Source of the DNA: Nannocystis pusilla
GTDB lineage: Bacteria > Myxococcota_A > Polyangia > Nannocystales > Nannocystaceae
Direction: 5' to 3' (one strand)
Assembly: GCF_049337375.1 (NCBI RefSeq)
Contig: NZ_JBMPIV010000001.1
Length of the DNA: 64,000 nt
This document shows, in pieces, positions 1 to 9,081 of the stretch; position 1 is the stretch's first letter; each line of letters opens with the position of its first letter. The notes beneath the pieces were generated by a model, which saw only the letters and a program-made list of their open reading frames with translations, had not been told where the DNA came from and ran no database searches. A program made the position numbers and the translations under genes.

Positions 1-879
1 GCGGCTCGGTCTTGAGGCCGCGCATGAGCGCGGCGATGAGCCACGCGGGCACGCCGTGGTTGCGCGGCGGGGGCCGCAGGTGGCCGTTGGTGATCGCGTG
101 CGAGAGCGCGAGGATGTCGTTGCCGGCGAACGGCGGCAGGCCGAACAGGGCCTCGTAGAGGGCGACGCAGAAGCTGAACTGATCGGAGGCCGGCTCGGCC
201 GCGCCGCCGCGCCAGCGCTCGGGCGCGAGATAGGCCGGCGTGCCGAGGATGTCCTCGCCGTCGTCGCCGACGCGGATCCGCATGCTCTGACTGGCGCCCG
301 AGGACAGGTCGAGCAGGCCCGGGCGATCGGGGGTGGCGCGCACGAGCCCGAAGTCGAGGACGCAGGCCCGGCCGGTGGCGTCGATCATGACGTTGCCCGG
401 CTTGAAGTCGCGGTGCAGGAGGCCGACCTCGTGGGCGGCGGCGAGGCCTCGCGCGGCTTGCGTGAAGACGTCGTGGATCTCGCGCCAGGTCCGCGGGCCG
501 GCGGCCAGCCAGGCCGGCAACGCGGCGCCGCGGATCAGCTCCATGGCGACGTAGACCTGGCCCTTGACGACGCCGGCCTCGAGCACGGTGATGACATTGG
601 GGTGGCTCACGCCGGCCATGGCCTGGGCCTCGCGCAGCAGCCGGATCTGGCCCTTCGACCCGGTGTCGGGCAGGACCTTGATCGCGACCTTGCGGTCGAG
701 GAGCTCGTCGTAAGCGGCGTAGACGACGGCAGTGCCGCCGCCGAGGCGCTCGAGGATGGTGAACCGACCGAGCCGCGGAGGCAGGGTCGCAGGGACCGAG
801 ATCGCGACACCAGGCAGCGACTGCGTGATGTCCACCGAGATCCCCGACGCGTCCGTATCGGGAATGATGACGCTCATGG
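1..879 (-). CDS. Ser/Thr protein kinase (Hanks-type), partial; N-terminal kinase domain in window, C-terminal part runs off window start
   Basis: Reverse-strand translation from ATG at 879: MSVIIPDTDASGISVD...GTAVVYAAYDELLDRKVAIKVL...HRDFKPGNVMID...DFGL...APE; classic subdomains I-VIII. Not in ORF track because it has no stop in the window. Confidence 0.8.
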
Positions 880-1972
880 GACTCGACCAGTCTTGCACCG
901 ACCCGCACGCACGCCCCAACCGCGGGGTCGCGAGGCCGATGCAGCGCGTTCAAGCGGCGCCGCCGGCCCGTGGCGCGTGTCCGCACGAACGCGACGCGCA
1001 GCGGGCGCTAATCATCGCCTGTCCCAAAGTTCTAAATCGGTGTGGGCGACGGAACGCCGGCAGAAGCGCGCGCAAGGCGGTCAGACCGCCGTTCTCGTGG
1101 AGTCGCCGAGGGCCCGTGGTTGTGCGGCGGATCAACGATCGAGCGGCGATCGAGGCGACGAAAGAGCGAGTATCGGCGGGCGCACTGTGCATAGACACGA
1201 TTGGGGCTCGTATGCGAAGCGGAGGCGGATCACGGGCGCCGCGCGGCTGCGAATGGCGCCTGTGCAGCGCGCCACGACGAGGCGTCTCGAGAATGGTCGA
1301 GCTCGCCGTCCGCGCGTGGCGACGAGGCGGACCGTGACGCCAAGGCCGCCGTGCCGGTTTGAGGGCCTCCGCGGCTGCGAACGCGTGAAGCCGGGGCGCG
1401 AGGGCGCCGGTGTGGTCGGCGTCACGGATCCGGCGACGAGCGAGCGGCGGGCGGGGTTCGAGCCGCCGCGATCGTCGTCGTCGTCGGTGCGAGGAGGTCG
1501 GCGGCGAATGATGATATGCCTTTAAGGACAGATGAATGACTGGGCCGGCGGGGAGGACGGCGGTGAGACTCGTTGCACAGGGGGCGCAGGATCGCGGCGC
1601 GCCGGCGGAGCGGCGGGGGCTTCGCAGCCGGCGCCGGCGCGGTCGGTCCGTGGCGTCGGCGGATCGCGGGCCGAGGGCGGCGAGACCGGCGAGGTCGAGG
1701 GCGCGAATACGGGGGGCCGTGGGCGTTGCGAGCGGCGCCTCGGCAAAGCGGGTCCGCTGGAACGGGCGGCCTCGTGACCGCGCTCGCGGAGGCTCGCGGA
1801 CACGACATCGCGTCCGCGGAGGCACGGGTCGCGCTTGCGAGGCACGCAGGCGAGGGCGGCGCGGACTCGGGTCGCGCTCGCGGGCCCGCGCTGGACTCAC
1901 GAGCGCTCGTGCGGGCACTTTGGCGCGGGAACCGGATTGCGCGCCGCGGCGGCAACGGGCACCTTCGGCCGG

Positions 1973-3268
1973 ATGTCGACGATCACCGACGGCCCCGCGA
2001 AGACCCCGTCCCGCGCCCGCGTGCTGCGGGGGCGCATGCTGTGCCCCGATCCGCGGCAGGCGAAGATCGAGCGCATCGCCGACGGGCTGCTGACGATCGG
2101 CGAGGACGGACGGATCGCCTCGATCGCGCCGGCGCCGGAGGACTGCACGCTGCCGCAGTCGTACCCGGGGGCGGTGATTTTGCCGGGCTTCGTCGACACG
2201 CATGTCCACTTTCCGCAGACCCGCGTGATCGGCAGCGCGAGCGGGCCGCTGCTCCGCTGGCTCGAGCGGACCGTGTTCCCCGAGGAGCAGCGGTTCCACA
2301 GCGTGCGCTACGCGGCGGCGGTGGCGTGGGAGTTCTGCGAGGCGATGATCCGCCAGGGCACCACGTGCGCGGCGATCTACGCCTCGAGCCACGAGGCCGC
2401 CACCGACGTGCTGTTCCAGGAGCTGAGCCGCTGCGGGCTGCGGGCGCTGGTCGGCATGACGCTGATGGATCGCGGGGCGCCGCCGGGGCTGCTCGTCGGG
2501 GCCGACGAGGCGATCGCGGGCTGCGAGCGGCTCATCGCCCGCTGGCACGGTCACGACGGCCGGCTCGGGTTCTGCGTCACGCCGCGGTTCGCCCTCAGCT
2601 GCACGCCGGAGCTGCTGCGCGCGGCCGGGCGGCTGGCGGAGGCGCACGGCTTACATGTCCAAACGCACCTGTCCGAAAATACCGATGAGTTGCTGCACAC
2701 CGCGACGGCCTTCCCGGCGGCCCGCGATTACCTCGAGGTGTACGAGTCGCACGGGCTCAGCGGGCCGCGCTCGTTGTTCGCGCACTGCGTGCACTTGTCG
2801 GACGGCGAGTGGGATCGACTGGCGGCGGCCGGCGGGGCGGTGGCACATTGCCCCGACAGCAACTTCTTCCTCGGCAGCGGCTGCATGCGCCTGCGGGCGG
2901 CCACCGGGCGGGACATCCGCGTCGGGCTCGGCACCGACGTCGGCGCCGGCCGCAGCTTCTCGCTGCGCCAGGTGGTCGCCAGCGCCTACGACGCGAGCCT
3001 CATCGCCGGGGCGCCCGCGACGGCCGAGGAGCTGTTGTGGCTGGCGACCCGGGGCGGAGCTTGCGCGCTGGGGATGGCGGCCGAGCTCGGTTGCCTGCAG
3101 CCCGGTTACTCGGCCGATCTGGCGGTGATCGACGCGCCCGAGATCGCGGCCGCCGACGGGCTGTTCGACGCCCTGGCGTTCCGGCGCGACGCGGCGCCCG
3201 CCCGCGCGGTGTTCGTCCGCGGGGCGCTGCTGCGGGGCGCGGTCGCTGCCGGTCCCGAGGTGGTGTAA
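1973..3268 (+). CDS. guaD: guanine deaminase (amidohydrolase superfamily)
   Basis: ORF 1835..3268, start trimmed to ATG 1973 (MSTITDGP). Contains PGFVDTHVHFPQ metal-binding signature, HxH...H...D amidohydrolase ligands; ~430 aa typical length. Confidence 0.75.
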   Translation: MSTITDGPAKTPSRARVLRGRMLCPDPRQAKIERIADGLLTIGEDGRIASIAPAPEDCTLPQSYPGAVILPGFVDTHVHFPQTRVIGSASGPLLRWLERTVFPEEQRFHSVRYAAAVAWEFCEAMIRQGTTCAAIYASSHEAATDVLFQELSRCGLRALVGMTLMDRGAPPGLLVGADEAIAGCERLIARWHGHDGRLGFCVTPRFALSCTPELLRAAGRLAEAHGLHVQTHLSENTDELLHTATAFPAARDYLEVYESHGLSGPRSLFAHCVHLSDGEWDRLAAAGGAVAHCPDSNFFLGSGCMRLRAATGRDIRVGLGTDVGAGRSFSLRQVVASAYDASLIAGAPATAEELLWLATRGGACALGMAAELGCLQPGYSADLAVIDAPEIAAADGLFDALAFRRDAAPARAVFVRGALLRGAVAAGPEVV

Positions 3269-3277
3269 ACCGAGGCA

Positions 3278-4699
3278 ATGCTCCGCGAGACATATCCCCT
3301 GTTCCTCGGCGGCCGCGCGGTGCAGGCCAACTTCGACCTGCCCGTGCTGGACAAGTTCTCCGGCGAGGAGGCGGCCCGCGTGGCTCAGGCCGACCCGGGC
3401 ACGCTCGACGCGGCGATCGCCGCCGCCGCCGGGACGACGCGGGCGATGGCTGCGCTGCCGCCCTACGCCCGCCAGGCCGCGCTCGAGCACTGCGCGCGCC
3501 AATTCGAGGCGCGCGCGGCCGAGCTGGCGATGGTGCTGTGCATCGAGGCGGGCAAGCCGATCCGCGACGCCCGCGGCGAGGTGGGCCGCCTGATCGAGAC
3601 GTTCAAGGCCGCGGCGGCCGAGGTGACGCGCCCGGCCGGCGAGGTGCTGGCGATGGCGAGCAGCCCGCGCCTGCGAGGCTACCGCGGCCAGTGGAAGCGG
3701 GTGCCGATCGGCGCGTGCTCGCTGATCTCGCCGTTCAACTTCCCGCTCAACCTGGCGGCCCACAAGATCGCGCCGGCGATCGCCGCGGGCTGCCCGTTCG
3801 TGCTCAAGCCGGCCAGCGCGACCCCGATCTCGGCGCTGCTGATCGGCGAGGTGCTGGCGGAGGCGAACCTGCCCGAAGGGTCATGGTCGATCGTGCCGTG
3901 CCCGCGCGCCGGCGCCGACGCGCTGGCCAGCGACGACCGCCTCAAGCTGCTCAGCTTCACCGGCTCGCCAGCGGTCGGCTGGGCGATGAAGGCCCGCGCC
4001 GGCAAGAAGAAGGTGGTGCTCGAGCTCGGCGGCAACGCGGCCTGCGTGGTCGACGAGACCGCCGACCTCGAGAAGGTGGTGCCGCGGCTCGTCACCGGGG
4101 CGTTCTACCAGTCGGGCCAGAGCTGCATCAGCGTGCAGCGGATCATCGCCCACACGTCGATCTACGCCGAGCTGCGCGAGCGCCTGGTCGCGGCCGTCCG
4201 CGAGCTGCGCGTCGGCGACCCGCGCGACGAAGACACGTTCATCGGGCCGATCATCTCCGAGAAGGAGGCGAGCCGGATCGCCGCGTGGATCGACGGCGCG
4301 GTCAAGGCCGGGGCGCGCCTGTTGTGCGGCGGCCAGCGCGACGGGGTGATGGTGGCGCCGACGCTGCTCGAGAACGTGCCGCGCGACCAGCCGATCGCCG
4401 CCGAGGAGGCGTTCGGGCCGGTGGCGCTGCTGCAGGAGTTCGCCAGCTTCGACGAGGCGCTGTGGCAGGTCAACGACAGCAAGTTCGGCCTGCAGGCGGG
4501 CGTGTTCACCCGCGACATCGACCGCATGCACCAGGCGTGGGACTCGCTCGAGGTCGGCGGGGTGATCATCAACGACGTGCCGTCGTTCCGCGCCGACCCG
4601 ATGCCCTACGGGGGGGTCAAGGACTCCGGTCTCGGTCGCGAGGGGCTCCGCTTCGCCATCGAGGACATGTCGGAGATCCGGATGCTCGTGGTGCGGTGA
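3278..4699 (+). CDS. NAD(P)-dependent aldehyde dehydrogenase family protein
   Basis: 473 aa; ELGGNA glutamate motif, catalytic Cys in GQSCISVQR, FTGS..G Rossmann motif; starts 10 nt after guaD stop (operon-like). Confidence 0.85.
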   Translation: MLRETYPLFLGGRAVQANFDLPVLDKFSGEEAARVAQADPGTLDAAIAAAAGTTRAMAALPPYARQAALEHCARQFEARAAELAMVLCIEAGKPIRDARGEVGRLIETFKAAAAEVTRPAGEVLAMASSPRLRGYRGQWKRVPIGACSLISPFNFPLNLAAHKIAPAIAAGCPFVLKPASATPISALLIGEVLAEANLPEGSWSIVPCPRAGADALASDDRLKLLSFTGSPAVGWAMKARAGKKKVVLELGGNAACVVDETADLEKVVPRLVTGAFYQSGQSCISVQRIIAHTSIYAELRERLVAAVRELRVGDPRDEDTFIGPIISEKEASRIAAWIDGAVKAGARLLCGGQRDGVMVAPTLLENVPRDQPIAAEEAFGPVALLQEFASFDEALWQVNDSKFGLQAGVFTRDIDRMHQAWDSLEVGGVIINDVPSFRADPMPYGGVKDSGLGREGLRFAIEDMSEIRMLVVR

Positions 4700-4710
4700 T
4701 GTTGTGAGGT

Positions 4711-4750
4711 GTCTTTTCGGGCATGTCGTCGAGGACATGCCCGAAAAGAC
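4711..4750. repeat. perfect 17-bp-stem palindrome GTCTTTTCGGGCATGTC-gtcgag-GACATGCCCGAAAAGAC between convergent gene 3' ends; member of GGRCATGYCC repeat family; bidirectional terminator-like
   Basis: Read directly: the two arms are exact reverse complements; CATG cores 14 bp apart; sits 12 nt after aldehyde DH stop and 7 nt after SDR stop. Confidence 0.7.
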
Positions 4751-4756
4751 CTCTCG

Positions 4757-5560
4757 TCACACGACCGGGACGGTGCCGCCGTCGATGGTGGTCTCGCTGC
4801 CGTGGATCGAGGCGGCGCGGTCGGAGACGAGGAAGGCGACGAGCTCGGCGACCTCCTCCGGCCGGCCGGGGCGGCCGATCGGGATGCCGCCGAGCGAGGT
4901 CATGAGGCCGTTGCGCGCGGTGGCCTCGTCGGTGCCGGCCTCGGCGGCCAGGCGGACGACGAGGGCGTGAGCGGCGGCGGTCTCGACGTAGCCGGGGGCG
5001 ATGCTGTTGACGCGCACGCCCTGGGGGCCGAACTCCTTGGCGAGGCCCTTGCTGTAGGTGCTGAGGGCGGCCTTGGCCGCGGCGTAGGCGAGGGTGGACT
5101 CGTAGAGCGGCATGCGCCGCTGGATCGACGAGACGTGGAGGATGGCGCCGTAGCGCTGGGCGACCATGCCGGGCAGGAAGGCGCGGTCGAAGCGGACGGC
5201 GGCGAGCAGGTTGAGGTCGAGTTCGTGGCGCCACTGGTCGTCGTCGAGGGCGAGGGCGCCGCCGCCGGGAGCGGTCGAACCACCGGCGTTGTCGACGAGG
5301 ATGTCGAGGCCGCCGAAAGCGTCGGTCACGGCGCGGACGACCCGCTCGACGCCCTCGCGGGTGGAGATGTCGGCCTGCACGAACAGGGCCGGCTCCTGTC
5401 CTTCGGGCAAGGCGGAGCGCGCGGTGGTGGCGACCGAGGCGCCGCCGGCGGCGAGCCGACGCACGATCGCGGCGCCCATGCCCTGCGTGCCGCCGGTGAC
5501 GAGGACGCGCTTGCCGGTGAATTCGCGGGGGTCGTAGAAGAGGGGCGTTGCCTGGCTCAT
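4757..5560 (-). CDS. SDR family NAD(P)-dependent oxidoreductase
   Basis: 267 aa; TGGTQGMG cofactor motif, NAG, YAAAK catalytic YxxxK. Confidence 0.85.
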   Translation of the reverse strand: MSQATPLFYDPREFTGKRVLVTGGTQGMGAAIVRRLAAGGASVATTARSALPEGQEPALFVQADISTREGVERVVRAVTDAFGGLDILVDNAGGSTAPGGGALALDDDQWRHELDLNLLAAVRFDRAFLPGMVAQRYGAILHVSSIQRRMPLYESTLAYAAAKAALSTYSKGLAKEFGPQGVRVNSIAPGYVETAAAHALVVRLAAEAGTDEATARNGLMTSLGGIPIGRPGRPEEVAELVAFLVSDRAASIHGSETTIDGGTVPVV

Positions 5561-5646
5561 GGGTCATCTCCGGGCGAGCGCACGCGCGGCGCGTGGTTCG
5601 CCGCCGCCGATTGCTCGGACCGCGAAGATGGGACTAGTCTGGTGGA

Positions 5647-6027
5647 GTGACAAGTACGCACGAAAAAGTCAGCCACTCACCCGCAGGTAAGTCCGAGCCG
5701 CTGACGCCGGAGGCGGCGGCCGAGGCGGTGGGCGAGGCGCTGGCGCTGCTCGAGGGGCGCTGGAAGCTGCGGATCTTGTTCAACCTGTTCGGCGGCAAGG
5801 TGCTGCGCTACTCGGAGCTCGAACGCGCCATTCCGGAGGTGTCGCAGAAGATGCTGGCGCAGCAGCTGCGCCGGCTCGAGAGCGACGGACTCGTGCAGCG
5901 CGAGGTGTTCGGCGAGGTGCCTCCGCGCGTCGAATACCGCCTGACCGAATGGGGCCAGTCGCTGTGCCCGACCCTCGATTCGCTGCTGCGCTGGTCGGCG
6001 CGGCGCGAGGCGGCGGGCGCGGAGTGA
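5647..6027 (+). CDS. HxlR-family winged-helix transcriptional regulator
   Basis: LEGRWKLRILFNLF...RYSELERAIPEVSQKMLAQQLRRLESDGLVQR...EYRLTEWG matches HxlR/MarR-like wHTH; divergent from SDR gene (typical HxlR-oxidoreductase pairing). GTG start; true start may be a little downstream. Confidence 0.7.
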   Translation: MTSTHEKVSHSPAGKSEPLTPEAAAEAVGEALALLEGRWKLRILFNLFGGKVLRYSELERAIPEVSQKMLAQQLRRLESDGLVQREVFGEVPPRVEYRLTEWGQSLCPTLDSLLRWSARREAAGAE

Positions 6028-6127
6028 GCGGGTGGTGAGCCGAGGAGGGCGGCTCGGGGCGTGAGAGGAGCGCAGCGAGCAGGCGCCGGCGAGCGCGAGC
6101 GAGGCGGAGCGTTACGGCTGCGAGGCG

Positions 6128-6432
6128 GCTGTCTCTCCGGACAGATGCTCACGGCTGTCGCTTCGGACAGGTGGTCGCCGCCGTGAGGCGAGAGGTTTTC
6201 GGGCAGGCGGGCGCTTCGGTCGCGGAGTGGCTGTCGCTTGGGACAGGTGTTAGCGGCCGTGAGGCGAGAGGTTTTCGGGCAGGCGGGCGCTTCGGTCGCG
6301 GAGTGGCTGTCACTTGGGACAGGTGCTCGCGAGCGGGAAGAGCGGGGGTTTCGGACAGGCGGTTCGCGGCGCCGGCTGTCGCTTCGGACAGGCGCTCGGC
6401 GCTGCAGGGCTGGCTGTCTCTTTGGACAGGCG
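6128..6432. repeat. non-coding tandem repeat block: two near-identical ~76-bp units (6181-6249, 6257-6325) plus flanking degenerate copies, each carrying GCTGTC-N-GGACAGG hairpin motifs
   Basis: Direct reading: ccgtgaggcgagaggttttcgggcaggcgggcgcttcggtcgcggagtggctgtc(g/a)cttgggacaggtg occurs twice; flanks contain ctgtctctccggacag, ctgtcgcttcggacag, ctgtctctttggacag. Confidence 0.7.
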
Positions 6433-6524
6433 AGCCGGCGCTACTCGAGATGCAACGCCGGCGCGCGGTCGCGACAGAGCCGCCCGGAGTCGCGGGACGC
6501 CGGGCGGACGGGCTCGGGCGCGGT

Positions 6525-6908
6525 TCAGCGCAGCGAGTTGCGGAGCCGCGGGATGGTGTCCGGGAGGACGACGCTGACGAGGATGCCGAGCGGCGCCTTG
6601 ATGCAGTCGACGGCCATGCCCATGCGGTACTTGTCGGTCAGGTCGACGACGATGATCATGACGTTGCCCTCCTCGCCGAGGCGCAGGAGCGTCTGATAGA
6701 CGAAGTCGGGCACCGGCAGCTGGGACTTCTTGAGCGCCTCGGTGATTCGTTCACAGAGGATGTTGAAGAGGGCGCACGCCTTGGGCGAGCTGCGGATGCC
6801 GGCGACCGACATACCGGACGTCTTGCTGAAGACGTCGATGGTGGCGAGGCCGCCCATCAGGCCGTCTTCGATCTCGGTGAGGGTCGAATTCACGTCTTTC
6901 AGGTTCAT
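6525..6908 (-). CDS. possible Roadblock/LC7 (MglB-like) domain protein
   Basis: 127 aa, normal GC3-biased codon usage, non-repetitive; weak resemblance to roadblock fold pattern (GGLATIDV...SGMSVAG...GNVMIIVVDLTDKYRMGMAV). Family call is tentative. Confidence 0.4.
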   Translation of the reverse strand: MNLKDVNSTLTEIEDGLMGGLATIDVFSKTSGMSVAGIRSSPKACALFNILCERITEALKKSQLPVPDFVYQTLLRLGEEGNVMIIVVDLTDKYRMGMAVDCIKAPLGILVSVVLPDTIPRLRNSLR

Positions 6909-7342
6909 CTCGGTGTGCCTCTCGGGCCGCGATCAGCGAGCGAGGACCACACTACATGGAGCCGGGGTCCGATCGGTGGGGTGTCGGCGAGAAAGCGGCC
7001 CTGCCGTTCCGCGGGGGCGAGCGCGTCGCGGGTTGCACGCGTTCCGCGAAAGCGGCCGCAGGGCCACCTCCGCGGCGGTTTGGCGCCGTTCACGGTTGCG
7101 CAAACGGCGCCGGACGGCGAGAAATCCCCCTTGGTCTGGGGGCATCCGGGGGCCTGGGGGGCCGGCGGCCGTAGATCACCCCCGCCCGGTCCCGGTGGGT
7201 CGGCCGGCCAACTGTCCTGCCAGTCAGGGTGGTGCGGAGAGGGGGGCGCGCTCGCAAAGGGGGAGCCGGCGGCTGTCCTTGAGGGCAGGTCAGGAGCGCC
7301 CGACGACGCGCGGCGGTGAATCGGAGGCTGTCCTGGGGGACA

Positions 7343-7650
7343 GGTGGCGTCGCGGCGGGCTCGAGCATCGGTGGAGTGCCGTCGCGGCGGCGGCCTCGAG
7401 CATCGGTGGAGTGCCGTCGCGGCGGCGGTAGCGAGAGCGGTTGCCCGGTAGCGACCGCGGCGAGGTCGCGGCGGCGGGCTCGAGCATCGGTGGAGTGCCA
7501 TCGGGGCGGCGGTAGCGAGAGCGGTTGCCCGGTAGCGACCGCGGCGAGGTCGCGGCGGCCTTGAGCCTCGGTGGAGTGCCATCGGGGCAGCGGTCTCGGA
7601 GCGGGACGGTAGCGACCGCGGCGAGGCCGGTGCACCGACCTCGCCGCGCG
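7343..7650. repeat. non-coding tandem satellite, ~84-bp unit x ~3.5 (unit starts 7358, 7395, 7478, 7563) with internal GCGACC-gcggcgag-GGTCGC hairpins
   Basis: Repeated ctcgagcatcggtggagtgcc(g/a)tcg(c/g)ggcggcggtagcgagagcggttgcccggtagcgaccgcggcgaggtcgcggcggc read directly; no unique spacers, so not CRISPR. Confidence 0.75.
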
Positions 7651-7651
7651 G

Positions 7652-7675
7652 GCTGTCCTTGCGGACAGGTTTTTT
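7652..7675 (+). terminator. intrinsic-terminator-like hairpin GCTGTCC-ttgc-GGACAGG followed by TTTTTT
   Basis: 6-7 bp GC-rich stem, tetraloop, six T; oriented for + strand; lies 10 nt beyond the stop of the minus-strand DUF1552 gene. Confidence 0.4.
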
Positions 7676-7684
7676 AGATGTCTC

Positions 7685-9065
7685 TCAGGCCAGGAGGGCG
7701 GCGCACGGGGTGTTGGAGTAGCCGTCGCCGTCGGCGTTGGTCGCGCCGACCTCGGTGGCCTCCGGCACCACCGACTGCAGGCAGGCGAGCAGGATGTCGG
7801 AGGTGTTCTCGCTCGAGGGCGAGTGGTAGTGCTCGGCGGGGTAGCGCAGGGTGCCGCCGCCGCGGCCGGCGACGATGCACGGCTGGTCGAACACGCTGTG
7901 GGTGTAGCCCGAGGCGGCGTCGCTGCCGAGGATCACGACCGAGTTGTCGAGCAGGTTGCCGTCGCCCTCGACCGTCTCCTTGAGGCGGTTGAGCAGGACC
8001 GCGAAGCACTCGACGGTCTTGATCGTGCACTGGTCGACCGCCTCGTTGTCGGCGGTGTCGTGGGTCATGTCGTGGTGACCCTTGGCGTGGCCGAGGCTCT
8101 TGAAGATGTGGTAGCCGACCGAGCCCGAGAACTGGATGCTGACGATCCGGGTGAGGTCGCAGCGGAACGCCTCGATGATGATCTCGACCATGGCCGCGTT
8201 GACGAGCTCGATCGGCTCGGCGCCGTCGATGTCCATGTTGGTCTCGATCGGCATGCCCGGCAGGGTGCAGGCCGGCGGCAGGGTCTCGATCTGCTTCTTG
8301 ATCTGCTCGACGCTGGCGAGGTGGGCGTCGAGGCGGATCTTGTCGGCGCTGCCGACCCGCAGCTTGAGCGCCTTCACGTCCTCGCGCACGGCGTCGAGGA
8401 TGTCGACGCGCGGGCCCTTGGTCGGGTCGTCGGGCGGGACGAAGCTCTCGAACAGGGCGGCGAACGCCTCCTGCGGGTTGAAGAACGGCGGCAGCGGCTG
8501 GTCCGGGCCCTTGTGCGAGAGGTACTGCAGGGTCGGCCCCTCGCCGGTGATGACCCGCTTCGACACCGCGAGCTGCAGCGACGGCAGGAAGGTCTGAGCG
8601 CCGACGGCGGCGGCGGCGACCTGGTCGATCGAGGGGCCGCCGAACTTCGACGAGTAGCTGTTCTCGGCGTGCGGCAGCTCGATGAAGGGATAGCCGGAGA
8701 AGAAGCCGGCGCAGCCGTCGTGGTGGCCGCGGCGGTGCTTCGAGGAGGCCTTGATGTCGAAGCCGGTGAGCAGGTTGCAGTAGTCGCGCACGCCCTCGAG
8801 CGCGGCCAGCTGCGGGGTCAGCGGGTAGTTCGGCCCGGTCTCGGCGGGGGCCCAGCGGTTGCCCTTGCCGACGTCGGCGGGGTCGACGAGGGCGACGCCG
8901 TTGCCGAAGTGCCAGGTGATCATGCGCCGCGGCAGGTTGGTGCCGTCGGCGTGGGCGGTGCCGTTCGAGTTGAGCATGGCCTCGAGCAGCGGGAGCGCGA
9001 GCGCGACGGAGGTGCCCCCGGCGACGCCGCGGAGCAGGGTGCGACGGCTGAGTTGATGGCGCTTC
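7685..9065 (-). CDS. DUF1552 family protein with twin-arginine (Tat) signal
   Basis: ATG at 9065 preceded by AAGGAG RBS; MKRHQLSRRTLLRGVAGGTSVALA (RRxLL Tat motif); ~460 aa; 16 nt downstream of DUF1592 gene (operon). Confidence 0.8.
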
Positions 9066-9081
9066 ATGATTCGTGCTCCTT

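Noticed and set aside
56-1525. 489-aa plus-strand ORF at window start
   Set aside because: Its translation is Arg/Ala-rich, low-complexity text. The opposite strand encodes a clean Hanks kinase domain, so this ORF is the antisense shadow typical of 70% GC DNA.
7343-7650. Possible CRISPR array (regular ~84-bp spacing of a conserved segment)
   Set aside because: Units are contiguous near-identical copies with no unique spacers, and no cas genes are nearby. It is a tandem satellite, not CRISPR.
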